The notes below the pieces were generated by a model that was given only the letters and a program-made list of their open reading frames with translations, did no database searches and was not told the origin of the DNA. Source: a bacterium (GTDB lineage Bacteria > Eisenbacteria > RBG-16-71-46). Taken from it: 18,145 nucleotides of DNA. Position numbers and translations under genes: made by a program. The stretch is from NCBI GenBank assembly GCA_043779265.1, contig JAYWEM010000140.1:1-18145 (forward strand). The letters are read 5' to 3'. This document shows positions 17,164-18,145 of this stretch, one piece after another; positions within the stretch are counted from its first letter, which is position 1, and each line of letters begins with the position of its first letter.

Positions 17164-18145
17164 CTACTCCAGCGTCTTGCGGAATCTCAAGGTGGAGAAG
17201 CCGAAGAAGGCGATGGCGAAGACGAGCAGGATCACGGCTTGTGGCCAGACTTCGCGGACTCCGACGCCCTTGAGCACGATGCCGCGGATGAGCGTGAGGT
17301 AGTGCGTCAGGGGCAGCAGATTGCCGGCCCACCGTGCGAGGTCGGGCATCGCCTCTCTCGGGAACATGAATCCGGAGAGCAGCACGTTGGGCAGCATGAT
17401 CAGGAAGGCGCTCTGCGTGACCTGCGCCTGCGTGCGCCCCATCGTCGAGACGAACAGGCCGAGTCCGAGATTGGCGACGACGAACAGGAAGGTCGCGGCG
17501 TAGAGCGTCAGGAGCGATCCGCGCACGGGAACGCCGAACACGAGGTGCCCGACGATCAGTACCGTGGTCATCTGGATGTAGCCGACCGCGACGTAGGGTG
17601 CGATCTTGCCGATCATGATCTCGGCGCGCGCCAGTGGCGTCACGATGAGCTGCTCGAGGGTTCCGGTCTCTCGCTCGCGAACCAGCGTGAGCGCCGTGAT
17701 GATGATGAGGATGTTGCTCAGGATCATGCCGATGATGCCCGGCACGATGAACTTGGCGCTCTCGAGTGCCGGGTTATAGAGAGGGCGCACTCGCATGTCC
17801 ACCGCCATCCGCAAGCCGCCGCCTGTGCGTGCGCGGAGCGTCTCGAGGTTGAGGCTCTGCCCGACCATCTGTGCGGCGGCGATCGCATTCTGCGATGCGG
17901 AGGGGTCGCTGGCATCGACGAGCACCTGCACCGCGGAGGTCCTGCCGCGCTTGAGGTCGCGGGCGTAGTCGGGCGGGATGATGAACGCGGCGCTTGCCTG
18001 GCCGCTCGCGATGCGGTCGAGGGCGTCCTCGTAGGAGGACGCGGGCGCGGTCACGACGAAGTTGCCGGTGGCGGTCAGCCGCTGCACCAGGGCGCGGCTC
18101 TGGGAGGTGCGGCTCTGATCCAGCATCGTGGTCGGCAGGTTCCGC
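17164..18145 (-). CDS. ABC-2 type exporter permease (YbhR/YbhS-like), 5' end outside the window
   Basis: Motifs YNPALES..FIVPG, LVRERETGTLEQLIVTPL, IGKIAPY, LLSGFMFPREAMP and PLTHY..IRGIVLKG. The frame stays open to the window edge (..RNLPTTMLDQ). Confidence 0.9.
   Translation of the reverse strand, partial: RNLPTTMLDQSRTSQSRALVQRLTATGNFVVTAPASSYEDALDRIASGQASAAFIIPPDYARDLKRGRTSAVQVLVDASDPSASQNAIAAAQMVGQSLNLETLRARTGGGLRMAVDMRVRPLYNPALESAKFIVPGIIGMILSNILIIITALTLVRERETGTLEQLIVTPLARAEIMIGKIAPYVAVGYIQMTTVLIVGHLVFGVPVRGSLLTLYAATFLFVVANLGLGLFVSTMGRTQAQVTQSAFLIMLPNVLLSGFMFPREAMPDLARWAGNLLPLTHYLTLIRGIVLKGVGVREVWPQAVILLVFAIAFFGFSTLRFRKTLE

Noticed and set aside
16864..17332. ORFs over the repeat region (16913..17302 +, 16871..17332 -, 16864..17115 -)
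   Set aside because: Their repeated peptides merely mirror the 60-bp DNA repeat, and they overlap phoU and/or the permease gene.

Overview
This GC-rich chromosomal window from a diderm bacterium spans the probable replication origin. The left part (minus strand) is dnaA - origin-like intergenic region - dnaN - DUF721/DciA - gyrB - a small signal-peptide beta-barrel-like gene coupled to gyrB - the first codons of another gene (possibly gyrA). recF is missing from its usual position and no rpmH lies upstream of dnaA. Both dnaA flanks carry DnaA-box-like 9-mers that differ from TTATCCACA, mostly (T/C)NCTCCACA. The dnaA-dnaN spacer also has four DnaA-trios (TAG)4, an AT-rich patch, an IHF-like site and a near-consensus sigma70 promoter for dnaN. 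The middle holds a second beta-barrel-like gene, a HAD hydrolase and a GNAT acetyltransferase. The right part (plus strand) is a complete Pho cluster, phoB-phoR-[Pho box]-pstS-porin-pstC-pstA-pstB-phoU, followed by a REPIN/MITE-like element (32-bp perfect inverted repeats plus a 60-bp tandem duplication) and a truncated ABC-2 permease. The region is mostly housekeeping. The most interesting signals are the shifted DnaA-box consensus alongside substitutions in the DnaA box-reading residues, the outer-membrane genes bracketing the origin cluster, and the repeat element. All calls were made by eye, with no database searches.
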